From positions 81,258,062-81,322,061 of the forward strand of contig NC_068984.1 of assembly GCF_001194135.2 (NCBI RefSeq): DNA of 64,000 bases, written 5' to 3'. Under the pieces are notes generated by a model. It was given only the letters and a program-made list of their open reading frames with translations, was not told the DNA's origin and made no database searches. A program made the position numbers and the translations under genes. The first letter of the stretch is position 1. Every line of letters starts with the position of its first letter. This DNA is from Octopus bimaculoides. Taxonomy: Eukaryota. Shown here one piece after another: positions 37,921-50,005 of the stretch.

Positions 37921-39253
37921 TATTATTATTGTTGTTGTTGTTATTGTTATTATTATTATTATTATTATTATTGCGAACTAGCAGAATCGTCAGAGCACCA
38001 GACGAAATGCTTAGCAATATTTCACCCATTGCCACATTCTGAGGTCAAATTCTGCCGAGGTCGATTTTTATCTTTCATTTTTTCGGGGTTGATAAAATAA
38101 GTACCGGTTGAACACTAGGGTTGATGTAATTAACTCATCCCCTCCTTTACAAAATACTGCCGTTGTGGCAAAATTTGAAACCATTATTATTATTATTATT
38201 ATAAAGGCGGCGAGCAGGCGAAATCATTAGCACACTAGACGGCATGCTAACAATTCTGCCAGCTTGCCATCTTATTATAATAGTAATAATAAAACCAGAA
38301 ATTTCCTTAAAGACAGGTGAGAATTGTTATCGTGTAGTTTGACAGTTTGGTGTAGAAAAGCATGAGCTAAAATACTTCACAGGGGAGGGGAGAGCCTAGC
38401 ATTAGAAAGGGCATCTGACTGTAGAACCATCAAGAAGTTCTATCCAATCCATTCAGAATTGAAAAATTGAATGTAAAAAGATGATGATAATGATGATGAG
38501 ACTTGAAAAGAGTTTTGTAATATTTTTTTGGCTTTCAACACAATTCTTTTTTCTTATTTCATTAAATATAAGACTCCTATTGCTTTGGTAATTCATCTTT
38601 GTAATGCTTCTCCCTTTCATTGCCCTAATGACAAATTAAAACCTGGTTTATTATTATAAAAAAAATCAATAATGTCAGTAATATTTACTTACGGCTGTGC
38701 AAAACAAAACTATAACAAACAAACAAACACCAGTAGTAAACATCTCAGGCTTTTGAAGCACAAGTAGATATCTTGTAGTGAATGACAAAGAAAATATATA
38801 TGTTATTACCCCTTTTTTTAACACAGGTATGACAACAGATTTAAAGGTAGCAGATAACAACAATGACAAAAGAATATATCTATAAGAAAGAAATCTAATC
38901 CATCCATTAAGAGCTACAGTGTCAACATCAGTTCATCTATTGTTGGAAATATAAAAGATGTATCCATTCTTTCTTCTTTCATTTGAGATCAAGTCACAGA
39001 GATTAGTTCTAAAACATGGAAAAATGTAGGCCACAAGAAAGGTAATCAGCTGTATTACAAAAGAGAGAATAATATGCATGCACGCACACACACACACACA
39101 CACAAACAAACACAAATAATAATGTGCTTTGAGCCTTGAAGAAAACAAGAAATCACTCCAGACACTCTTAATCCAGAGTTATCACAAAAATAATCATATC
39201 AGGTTCTGGAAGTAATTCAAATATTTTATTGTCTGAGCAATTTAATCTCTTAC

Positions 39254-39304
39254 CAACAGTCTCTGTCTCTCGCTGCTTCACTTCACTTTGAGCGCGATCC
39301 AAAA
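39254..39304 (-). CDS. Candidate coding exon (51 nt, phase 1/1): xLDRAQSEVKQRETETV
   Basis: Acceptor aattctccttgctag|, strong donor TTG|gtaaga. Only one frame is open, and CpG-containing codons stand out in CpG-poor surroundings. Linkage to the 15 kb exons is inferred from strand only. Confidence 0.55.
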
Positions 39305-40364
39305 CTAGCAAGGAGAATTTATTTTCTTATAAAGCTTAACACCATCTACTCTAAAAGTGCTACACTGTCCTACTCCAAATCCATTTAAAAATTAGGATTT
39401 CTAGGAAGATGAAGAAAAGTGTTTCTTCTTTTGTGTATTTTCTATCATACTACCAATTCAAGATATGAGTACTATATATTTAAGCAGAAGGAAAAGATAA
39501 CAGTCTAGTTTCTACACTGACACATAAATAGAAATTATAAGAAAAAAAAATTTCAGATATGTATATAAATATTGCAGTGTTATTGTACTTAGAAGCTTTT
39601 GTTACTACTACAATCCAGAAGTTTCATGCAGCCGTAAGTCATATAATCTGATATATACTCTAGTTTTTGTACTGAGTACTCCTCCTTTTCATTTGTGTAG
39701 TCAAATGCACATATGTGAGTGTACAGGTGCAGCATGGCTGTGTGGAAATAGTTTGCTACCCAACCATATAGTTCTAGGTTCAGTCTCACAGCATGGTACC
39801 ATGCACAAGTATTTTCTCCTAGTAAATGGCTAGTAAATACCATTGAGCATAGTACTTGACTAGGACTTTATTCTTTTAATTCCAAAACAATAAAAAGCGA
39901 GGTTAACCTTGCTGGGATTTGAAATCAGATGGTAAAGAGCCAGAACAATTACCAAAAGGCATTTTGTCTGAACTGAAACTTTGAGCATTTATGTATCATA
40001 CACAATGTGAATATAGGGTTAAAAGACAATTTACATTAAGTATGATACACAGATGGCTATTTTAATCTATTACTGTCTCTATTGTATTATAAGAGATATT
40101 TATGAAGCTTTTCTGCCAGTAAATAAAAATTTCTACTACAATGTAGTACTGATTTTCAGAATAAGAAGTTGTGCAATGCCTAATATAGGATGAAAAGCAA
40201 ACTCTCAATATATATTATATATAAAACAATAAACATTAACTGAATAAAGAGCCTAGCGTATGAAATTGAGTTTAAAAAAAAAAAAAAAAAAGTCTTTTAT
40301 TCAAAATTTACAAAGTCACTGAGAAAATATATATATAGGTATCCTCCATCTTGCTCACTCTTTG

Positions 40365-40403
<39 letters not shown>

Positions 40404-41046
40404 CTTTATATTTACATCAGTCCAAAAATTCATGCTATATATGTCATGCTCTTGCATGCCGTGTAACTTAGTGGATTGACAAATAGGAATTGATAAAATA
40501 ACAACCAGAGAGATATAGGTACTGGGTTCTGATATGATCTGAATAAACTCTTCCCAGCAGTGCCTCAGTATGGCTGCAGTCCAATAACCGGAACCAGTAA
40601 GAGAGCGTACACAAACACATATACATTATACATACATACCTGTACACATGCAAAATCCTAAAACTGGAACAAATTAGAATATATTGTACATCTAAAACAT
40701 ACAAAACAAAATATGCCAAACAAAAAAATAAAATGAATAAATAAATAAAAACATAAGCTCACTCAGGCTGCCTTTGTGGCACTTTATGATTTGAACAACT
40801 CGAAAATTTATTTTAAGGGAAACGAATGAAAATACAAGAAAATCTACCCAACAGGCAGCAACTAATAGTACCAGTAGTTATATAAACACTGGTATTCTGA
40901 TATTGGAAAAACAAATCTAGCAGAAACACACAAAGATGAAAGTCAGCATGTATAAGACAATTGGGTAAACAAGCAAATAGTATTTGTGTTTTTATAGCAT
41001 TACTCACTAATATCAGTATCAGTATCAGCATCATACATTCCACTCA

Positions 41047-41084
<38 letters not shown>

Positions 41085-42099
41085 TATAGATATATATGTA
41101 TACATACGTACATGCATACACATGTAAGCGAGTTTTCCTCCTCCTCTTGTGAGTAAATGCAAATAAACTGAATCTTATGAAGAAGACCCCCTACTAAGTA
41201 TTTTTACACTTCACAAAACTTGGAAGACTCTCTGGCTCTCTCACTGTCTCTGTCTGGCTGTCTGTCTCTTACTCTCTACTAGCTTGACCTAAATGCTAGT
41301 GGAGGTATGTTAATATATGGAACAAATAACACAAGCACCAAGCTAGATGTCCTATGATATGATAGACTTCACAGTTAAAACATTAAGATAGAATAAATCA
41401 GCTTAAAATTTGTAAGTATGCGATATATATGTGTGTATATGTATATCAACCCCAGGCTACATGGACCTATCATAGGAGCACATTAAGTCTTTTACATTAT
41501 TAGCATTCTAGAAAAAATAGACAAAGAGGAAAAAAAATAAAAAATAAAAAAATATGGCAGAGAAAAAGATATGTTGATATAAAGTAATCCCTATTAGAAA
41601 TTCACAAAATTGACTAGCACAATATATCTTTCCACTTATAGTGTCATGTCAACAGACTGTTTCATTATCTACATTAGTTTATACATAACTCAAAAGATAA
41701 AATATATAGTAAGAGTATATGTGTGCTATGCTATTTACTAAATAATGTCATTTCAATTCATACAATATGACAGGTAATTCAAATCACAATAAGGAAGCTA
41801 CCAATACCAGTGAACAATATTTACAAGTAGAAATTATTTCATTAAATGCTATCACAACAGTTTCCTAATGGTCAAGGACATGTCCTCCACATCACAACTG
41901 CTATCGACAAGGAAAACTGAAATGCTAGTTTTAGCTAATTAGGTCCAGATCCTTTCCTGCTAAAAAGTATAAATAATAGTGTCCTTATATAATATTTTAC
42001 ATATAATAACTGATATTATTACAATTACAAGTTCCTTAACCCCTTGGGGGGGTAGTTAGGGTGCAGCAGCCATGCAGTGTATCTTGGGTGAGAAAGCCT

Positions 42100-42255
42100 G
42101 GCAGAACCCATCCCTCTCCAGGCTAAACTCATTTTTACAGCTGAGTGGACTGGAGCAACGTGAAATGAAGTGTTCTGCTCAAGAACATAATGCATCGCCT
42201 GATCTAGGAATCAAAACCACAGTTTTACGATTGTGAGTCCAACAACCTAACCACA
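42100..42255 (-). mobile_element. Fourth tRNA-SINE family (D); plus-strand copy at about 32275-32400
   Basis: Reverse complement gtggttagg..ttgattcc..cttgagcagaacacttcatttcacgttgctccagtccactcagctgtaaaa has a tRNA-like head and a V/Deu-type core. Confidence 0.55.
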
Positions 42256-42469
42256 AAACTTCATATAACAAATGATATACCCCTGGATAAATATTTAATT
42301 GAAATTATCAAAATGAATTAATGTGCTTTAAAATAATTAACAGCCAAGCAATTAACCTGTTAGGGACCATTAATTTTGAAAACAAATAAAGAACTTAAGT
42401 TAAATAATTTTGCATTATTAAGCTAGCATTTGAAATGTAAATTAAGATAAAATTTTGATGGAAAGTTTT

Positions 42470-42858
42470 AATTTACTCCTTTACTTGTTTCAATCATTTG
42501 ACTGCGACCATGCTGGAGCACCGCCTTTAGTCGAGCAAATCGACCCCAGGACTTATTCTTTGTAAGCCGAGTACTTATTCTATCGATCTCTTTTGCCGAA
42601 CTGCTAAGTTACGGGGACGCAAACACACCAGCATCGGTTGTCAAGCAATGTTGGGGGAGGGGACAAACAAACACACAAACATATACATACATATATACGA
42701 CGGGCTTCTTTCAGTTTCCGTCTACCAAATCCTCTCACAAGATTTTGGTCGACCCGAGGCTATAGTAGAAGACACTTGCCCAAGGTGCCACGCAGTGGGA
42801 ATGAACACAGAGCCATGTGGTTGGTAAGCAACCTACTCACCACACAGCCACTCATGCA
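42470..42858 (-). mobile_element. Composite SINE A+B
   Basis: Reverse complement aligns along its full length with 46407-46786. Confidence 0.85.
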
Positions 42859-43029
42859 CCTATTTAGATCACTTTAAAAGAGGAAGTTTGTATTATAGAA
42901 TGAGGAACAACCTCAGATGGGTTGGTATCAAGTGTTAACAGAGGAGCAATACCAACTGTTTCTCAGTGCTACTCAGTTTAATGAGATATAAAAAAAATGG
43001 TTGTAATATTTGTAGTTCTGCACTCTAAT

Positions 43030-43440
43030 CAGTTTGTGGTAAGAAGCTTGCTTCCCAACCACATGGTTCAGGGTTCAGTCCCACTGCATGGCACCTTGGA
43101 CAAGTGTCTTCTGGTATAGCCTCAGACCAACCAAAACCTTAGTGAATGGATTTGGACAGAAACTGAAAGAAGCCTATTGTATTTATGTATGTGTGCATAT
43201 ATATGGTGTGTGTGTATATATATGCGCATGTGTGTGTGTGTGTGTTTGTCCCCTACCACCACTTGATAATCAGTGCTGGTGTGTTTACATCCCTGAAACT
43301 CAGCAGTTCAGCAAAAGTGACTGATAAAATAAGTACTAGGCTTAAAGAAATAAGTCCTAGGGTCAATTTACTTGACTTAAACCCTTCAAGGTGGTGCCCC
43401 AGCATGGCTGCAGTCAAATGACTGAAACAAGTAAAAGATA
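43030..43440 (+). mobile_element. Composite SINE A+B
   Basis: Same head, linker and tail as 46407-46786. Confidence 0.8.
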
Positions 43441-44131
43441 GAAGATAATAACTAACACTTCATGTCTTACCTGGGAGACTAAAGGCCTAACACTCAACAA
43501 TATTCTTTTCGCTTGTACATATAATGTGCACTGCGATGCACACAATTCTCCAATGCAAACTTATTCTTTTCTACTCTAGGCACAAAGCCTGAAAATTTTT
43601 GGAAAGGGGAGCAGTCAATTAGATCGACCCCAGTGCACAACTGGTACTTAATTTATTGACCTTGAAAGAATGAAAGGCAAAGTTGACATTGGCAGAATTT
43701 GAACTCAGAACATAAAAGCAGATGAAATACAGCTAAGCATTCCGTCTGAAAATGCTGGAATTCAACTATAGACTAATAATATACATTACATCCTTAGTTT
43801 TCCTGAACTGTTTAATTCACATCAGCTCAAGTTTTCTTATACCAAACATCAATGATTGAGAACAACCCAACAAGCTAAATAAACCTTTTCTGATTAACTA
43901 AAGAAACCCAGTGAAACTTATGATTGCCACATATTTGTTGTCATTGTTGGAGTCACCCCATTCCCACCAGTATTATTAGTGTTTAGATGCAGTTGCAGAG
44001 TAGCCAATCCCAATGTCATTTCAAAGGAAACTAAAATTCTGAAGCCCTGATCTCATATGTTTTCTAAGAAGACTTAGTCTCTCTTTTTACATTGACAATA
44101 ATTTATCACAGAGCAACAACACCTTTTCTAT

Positions 44132-44171
<40 letters not shown>

Positions 44172-44595
44172 ACACGGACTTTCATTGAGTTTGCGACAAA
44201 CATTTGCATCAAATTTCTGCTCTCAGTGTGGCTGGTCCTTCACAACTTATAATATAGGCCACTGGATCCACATACATCAAAGTCAACAGATGTCCATAAA
44301 ACTACTGAAATGGTTCCCTCCTTGATACAGCACTATCACATTGTAATATTTTGCATTTTTTCTATCGAACTATTGTCTTCATGTATTACATATACTGGAA
44401 TATTGACTCATAATGTCACACCCGTTAAGCAAGGAACATATCACTCCTGTTCCAACAATACTGAGTTTTCCAAATGGGCAAAAATCATTTTACCTACACC
44501 AGCATTCTAGAATAAATGTAAAACACATTCATATATATATATTTTCCATCATTTCTTCCTGACAAAATGTAGATGATATTGTATCTAGACCTCAC

Positions 44596-44625
44596 CAGGG
44601 TTGCAGAAGCCCACAAGCTCAATCC
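44596..44625 (-). CDS. Candidate 30-nt exon (phase 1/1): xIELVGFCNP
   Basis: T-rich tract upstream of acceptor ggaag|, donor CTG|gtgagg. Phase-compatible with the 39304 exon, but short enough to arise by chance. Confidence 0.2.
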
Positions 44626-45099
44626 CTTCCACAAGACATTGGAAAAAAAAAAATGATACATACTAAACTATAAAAATGTAATTTATACACAGTAATTAGT
44701 CATATTGCAAATGATGAGGTAGAGACACGTGTAAGTAGCTACGACATAGATAACAAGTGTAACAAGTTACCAACAAATAGTAGTGGGAATAGGTCAAAGA
44801 AAAGTTGGAATAAAGCAGTTATACCAGGCCTTAAGAGAAAAGAAATAGAAAACTGGAAGCATATATTTCTCATACCATCAAAATCATTTTTAAGTTTGCC
44901 TTTCCATGCTGGCATGGGCTGAACAGCATTTCATGAGACAGTGTTTTAAGACCAGATGCCAACCTTTTTAGTCTATAAGGGTTGGCATTTAACTGAAGCA
45001 TCAAAAATAACTTTCTGATTACATTTTCAATTCTATTAGACGTTTCCCCTTTTTTTTTTTTTTTTCAAGCTAGCAACGTACCTGCCAAAAATGACTAGG

Positions 45100-45610
45100 T
45101 TGTTCACTTCTATACCCTTACACTCTCATTTCCTCATTCAGATACATCGGTATTTCTCCCCACCCCCTGTCATACATATTTCTTTCTTTATTTCTCTCAA
45201 TCAAATTTTACTTCATATCTTCAATTTATTTCCAAATGTCTTCTTGCATTTCAATACTATACACAAAACTTTCTATCCCTCATTATTTTATCATACTACC
45301 TCTCTAATTTCACTTTTCACTATAGAGTTCTGTCTACCCTTTCCTGCTTATCCTCTCACATTATTACTTAATAATGCTATCTCTTCCTCTCCCACTCTTT
45401 CTTCCATCCTTCTCTACATCTCACTATCCACTCACCTGACTATTTCATCACTCAAACATTGCTGTCTATTCCCCACCCCAGCCACTCTCTCCCACTTGTC
45501 AATCTCCCATATGTCTATTTATCTAATACCCCTCTCCTTAAAATGCTTTCTCTCTTTTCCACCTCTTTCAGCACAACTGATTCTTTCTTCTCCAACATTT
45601 CTTTGGCGAC
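45100..45610. repeat. Pyrimidine-rich (C/T) low-complexity tract; a similar tract lies at 63745-64000
   Basis: Strong strand asymmetry from decayed CT repeats. Confidence 0.75.
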
Positions 45611-46406
45611 AGAGAGAAACCAACAAAGGAAAAAAAATGGTGACATGTGACTTAGCCTTTTATTGTACAGATTCTCATTGAATATGCTATACATCATCCT
45701 TATCACTCTCTGATAACAGGATGCAGTTACCTGCTTTTTCACAGAAAGAAATACTCTTTGTTGCCAAGGGAGAGACAACAAACAGCTCCCTGGATTTCTT
45801 CCTTACTTTATAATATTGGTTACTAAATGTCTTTTACTTCTAATGCACTTTAGAGGAAATAAAATACTTTGGAGCACTTTGTGCATAATAAAGTTAAAAA
45901 ATATGCATTATATATTTCAACCTATAAATAATTTAAACTACAGAAATGCTTATTTTCTTATAAGATAAATGAAGTACAGCTAATTACAGAGAAAACCTTT
46001 TATATATTGTAAGGAACAATAAAAAGGGTATACATATTGCTTAGTATGTTTGTGTATCTGTGTGCATGTGCATTTCTTGTTTTACATTCATTTCAGCATG
46101 CAAGCATTTGGACATTCAACTATTAACCAAACAATTTTTATCTGACTTTTCACATTTTCTAAACTTTATTTTTGTGGTATTCCTGGTTTACACTAATTAC
46201 TGCCACTCATTCTTGCATAATGTGAGCAGCCATGTATCTCTTCTTCAACAAAAAACCTGTTCCAATTACTTCTTTCATACTACAACCTTTCACCAAATAG
46301 TATAAAGTGGCCTCTCTCACATTCTCCTGTAGCTCCACTCAGTTGAAGTGGGATCTTAGTCTTGCAAGCTACAAAGTGACCTCACTAGTGATGATGCTAA
46401 GAAAAA

Positions 46407-46786
46407 GAGTGGCTGTGTGGTAAGTAGCTTGCTTACCAACCACATGATTCCGGGTTCATTCCCACTGCATGGCACCTTGGGCAAGTGTCTTCTACTATAG
46501 CCTCGGGCCGACCAAAGCCTTGTGAGTGGATTTGGTAGACGGAAACTGAAAGAAGCCCATCGTATATATGTATGTGTGTCTGTGTTTGTCCCCCCAACAT
46601 CGCTTGACAACCGATGGTGGTGTGTGTACGTCCCCGTAACTTAGAGGTTCGGTAAAAGAGACCAATAGAATAAGTACTAGGCATCCAAAGAATAAGTCCT
46701 AGGGTCGATTTGCTCAACTAAATGTGGTGCTCCAGCATGGCCACAATCAAATGACTGAAACAAGTAAAAGAGTAAAGAGAAAGAGT
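46407..46786 (+). mobile_element. Well-preserved full-length composite tRNA-SINE (head A + central microsatellite + tail B)
   Basis: A-box-like TGGCTGTGTGG, B-box-like GGTTCATTCCC, CORE-like ccttgggcaagtgtc, (TA/TG)n linker, and a tail ending caagtaaaagagtaaagag. It probably belongs to the Octopus OR/OK SINE families; the family name is not verified. Confidence 0.85.
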
Positions 46787-48515
46787 ATATGGTGTAAAGT
46801 AGTTAGCATTAGGAAAGGCATCCATACTGTAGAAACTATGCCAAAGCAGACACTGGACCATGATGCAGTCCTCTGACCCACTGGATCCTGTCAAACGATC
46901 TAACCTACACAAAAGATGGAAGACAGGCATTAAAAGATGATGATGATAACAATAAAGACAATGGTGACGAGGAACTCGAGGTTCACCAGTGTTCTACACA
47001 GTAAGGGCCACTCTTCTAGACCTTAAATGAGCCATTCTACTTTGGTAGAAAACAATCAAATGCCATGGATTGGTACACTACTGTAAGATGTACAAATGTT
47101 ATATAAATAACATAGTTGCTCATTTAGCTACAATTTAGGTACTAGACTGTTATTTTATTTTATCAACCCAAGAGGTTTGAAAGGTGAAACTGACACTCAT
47201 TAGCACACCAGCAAAATGCTTGGTGGCATTTTTTTCCATCTCTACATTCTGAGTTCAAATTCTACCTTTCATCTTTTGGTGGCTGCTAAAATAAGCACCA
47301 GTTGAACACTGGGGTTGATTTAATCAACTTAGCTTCATCCCAACTCTGCTGGCCTTGTGCCAAAATTTGAAACCAATATTAACTTGCGGTGCTGAGTTCA
47401 AGTTAAATCATTGGGTGTACTTTAAGGTAGAACCATTCAAATCTCCACCCTTTTTAACCAGCTTTAATGATGAACCGAAGAAGGAATCTCTGGAAACAGC
47501 AGCTAAATTTCTCTCAACAGACCCTACTGTCTTACATAAAAACCCCCCACCAAAAAAAACACCACACTGAACACTGCAGTGTTTGATAGACAAAAAGACA
47601 AGATGGTCACAACTAGTACGCCTATGTTACAATATTTTTCAATTTTTTTCAATTTTACAGTATTCCTGTTTATTTCATTTATTTTCTTCTTCTGTGCCAA
47701 AAAATTACATATTCTATATGAAATAAACAGAAAAATTCTAAAAGTAAATCTTCATGTTTGCAGTGGCTTTTACACAACCATCCTAGCACCCATGTTACAA
47801 ATAATATAATAGCGATTTGTTTTTCTGCTTATTATCTTTAACTCTGACACAACAAACTAATAGATTCTAATGGATTAGTATGCCAAAACTAACTTGCTTC
47901 TTCACTTTTTATTTTGCAAAAGACTATTTTCTTAAATCTTTATTACTATAAACATTACCAACAATTCCATTAAATCGCTGTAGACATGCAAACTGTGTTT
48001 GCATGTGTGTGTACTATATAATGAGCATTGGTAGTACTACCTATTGGAGCAAATGTGTTAATTACACTATTAATTAGTAATAAATCTCATATTATGTTGT
48101 TAAAATCTATACTCATTGCTAAGTGCTTTAATGGGTTTTTGTTTGTTTTTATAACTATATTTCATTATAAGGGTTGATAATCTGCTATGCAAAGGGCAAA
48201 AAAAGAAAAGAAAAAAAAATGTGTTTTGACTTTCCAAATTTTTTCAGAATTTCAAAATGACTATATTTGAGTCTTGGACAACTTGTGGATGGGACCCATG
48301 TCTAAATACATTATTCATTTACATTTTATAATACAGCTTTTTCATGACTCCTTGGGCAAGTGGATTTGGTAGATGGTAACTAAAAGAAGCCTGCTGTATA
48401 CATACTACAATCACATACAAATATATATAGTAATGTATTAATAATGATAAGGAGAATGGGGATTTTAATTTTTTCACATCCATAATTTTATTTAACAGCT
48501 ATTTACATCATCATC

Positions 48516-48553
<38 letters not shown>

Positions 48554-48689
48554 TTGAAAAAATGAATAGAAATTACTTTTCTGATAATTTTCCTACTTTA
48601 ATAATTAGATGTTTATAAGTTAACTTGTAAACATCTAATTATTAAAGTAGGAAAATTATCAGAAAAGCCATTTCTATTCAGTTTTTCAA
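48554..48689. repeat. 136-bp spacerless palindrome (68-bp arms, 4 mismatches)
   Basis: Centre aagtt|aactt at 48621/48622; arms checked base by base. Confidence 0.9.
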
Positions 48690-49846
48690 ATATATAATAC
48701 TGTACCAAGGACTTTCTATTTCTTATTCAACTAAATGTATATCTATATATATATATATATATATAGACACATATACACATACATAGAGACACACACGCAC
48801 ACACACCATGTAGTTTATATAAATTTCATTTATTGAAGAGAATTTATAAAATATTTTTGCAAATTTTACTACCATATAAATGTGAATAATAATCCTTTCA
48901 TTTATAGGCAAATGGCCTGAAATTTTGGGGAGAGTGGGGCTTGTTGATTACATTGACCCCAATGTTTAACTGGTACTTATTTTATCAACCCCCAAAGGAT
49001 GAAAGGCAAAGTCAACCTCGGCAGAATTTTTACCCAGAACGTAAAGACAGACAAAATACCACCAAGCATTTTGCCCGGCGTGCTAACAATTCTGCCAGCC
49101 AGCCACCTTACATATTTTCTTTTATTTGTTTCAGTCATTTGACTGCAGCCATGCTGGGGCACCACCTTTAGTCGAATAAACTGCTAAGTTACGGGGGACA
49201 TAAACACACCAACATTGGTTGTCAAGCGATGGTGGAGGGGACAAACACAGACACACAAACATATATATATATATATATATATATCTAATGGGCTTCTTTC
49301 AGTTTCCATCTACCAAATCCACTCAAAAGGCTTTGGTTGGCCCAAGGCTATAGTAGAAGACACTTGCCCAAGGTGCCATGCAGTGGAACTGAACCTGGAA
49401 CCATGTGGTTAGTAAGCAAGCTACTTACCACACAACCACTCCTGCACCTGTATGTAGATAATAATGCTAGGCATATTATATTTTGATGGATTTTTATGCA
49501 GAAGTTAAATTAAGACTAAAAATAATGTTTTGTACAGTAGTTACAGTAGCTGTAAATTTGAATTTTGAATGGAAATTTTAATTTAGACCATTCTAAAGCA
49601 AAAAGTTTGTATCACAGAACCAGGGGCAGTATCAAAAGAGTTAAACAATACAGAACTTAAACCTGCTTATTCTGCAGTTTCTTAGGGAGGGCATCCAGCT
49701 ATAGAAACCTAGTCAAAGGAGACACTGGAGCACAATGCAATCCTTGGATGTATCGGATCCTGTCAAACAGTCCAACACACGATAGCATGGAGCATGGATG
49801 TTACATAATGATAGCTGAAAGTAATGATATATAAAGATAAAAATAT

Positions 49847-50005
49847 AGATAGTACCTGATCTAATGCCAAACTCCGCAGCCAAGCAATTCACACTTATGC
49901 CACAGTCAAATTCTTCAAACAACCTTCTGTTTGCAGTAACATTAAACATATATACTTACTTTTTTCCATCTTGCTACTACCTAATGATATACCTGTAGGC
50001 TTTCT
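49847..50005 (-). mobile_element. Degenerate pogo/Tigger transposase N-terminus (CENP-B/HTH_psq-like)
   Basis: With one frameshift it reads RKPTGISLGSSKMEKSKYICLMLLQ / RRLFEEFDCGISVNCLAAEFGIRSGTIY. This fits the KRK..L...K..L...D.G.S...LA.E(F/Y)G...TIY pattern of Tigger/JRK HTH domains. Confidence 0.6.

Noticed and set aside
43471-43560. Exon ending at the strong donor CAG|gtaaga (frame VCIGELCASQCTLYVQAKRILLSVRPLVSQ)
   Set aside because: No credible polypyrimidine acceptor, and the upstream sequence is a SINE tail; it cannot be supported without reads.
45091-45681. 196-aa plus-strand ORF
   Set aside because: It lies in a C/T low-complexity tract that is depleted of stop codons; the S/L/F/P-rich product has no recognisable motif.
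46407-46480. tRNA genes at SINE heads (also 10500-10580 and others)
   Set aside because: A/B boxes are present, but there is no complete cloverleaf and each runs into a SINE body.
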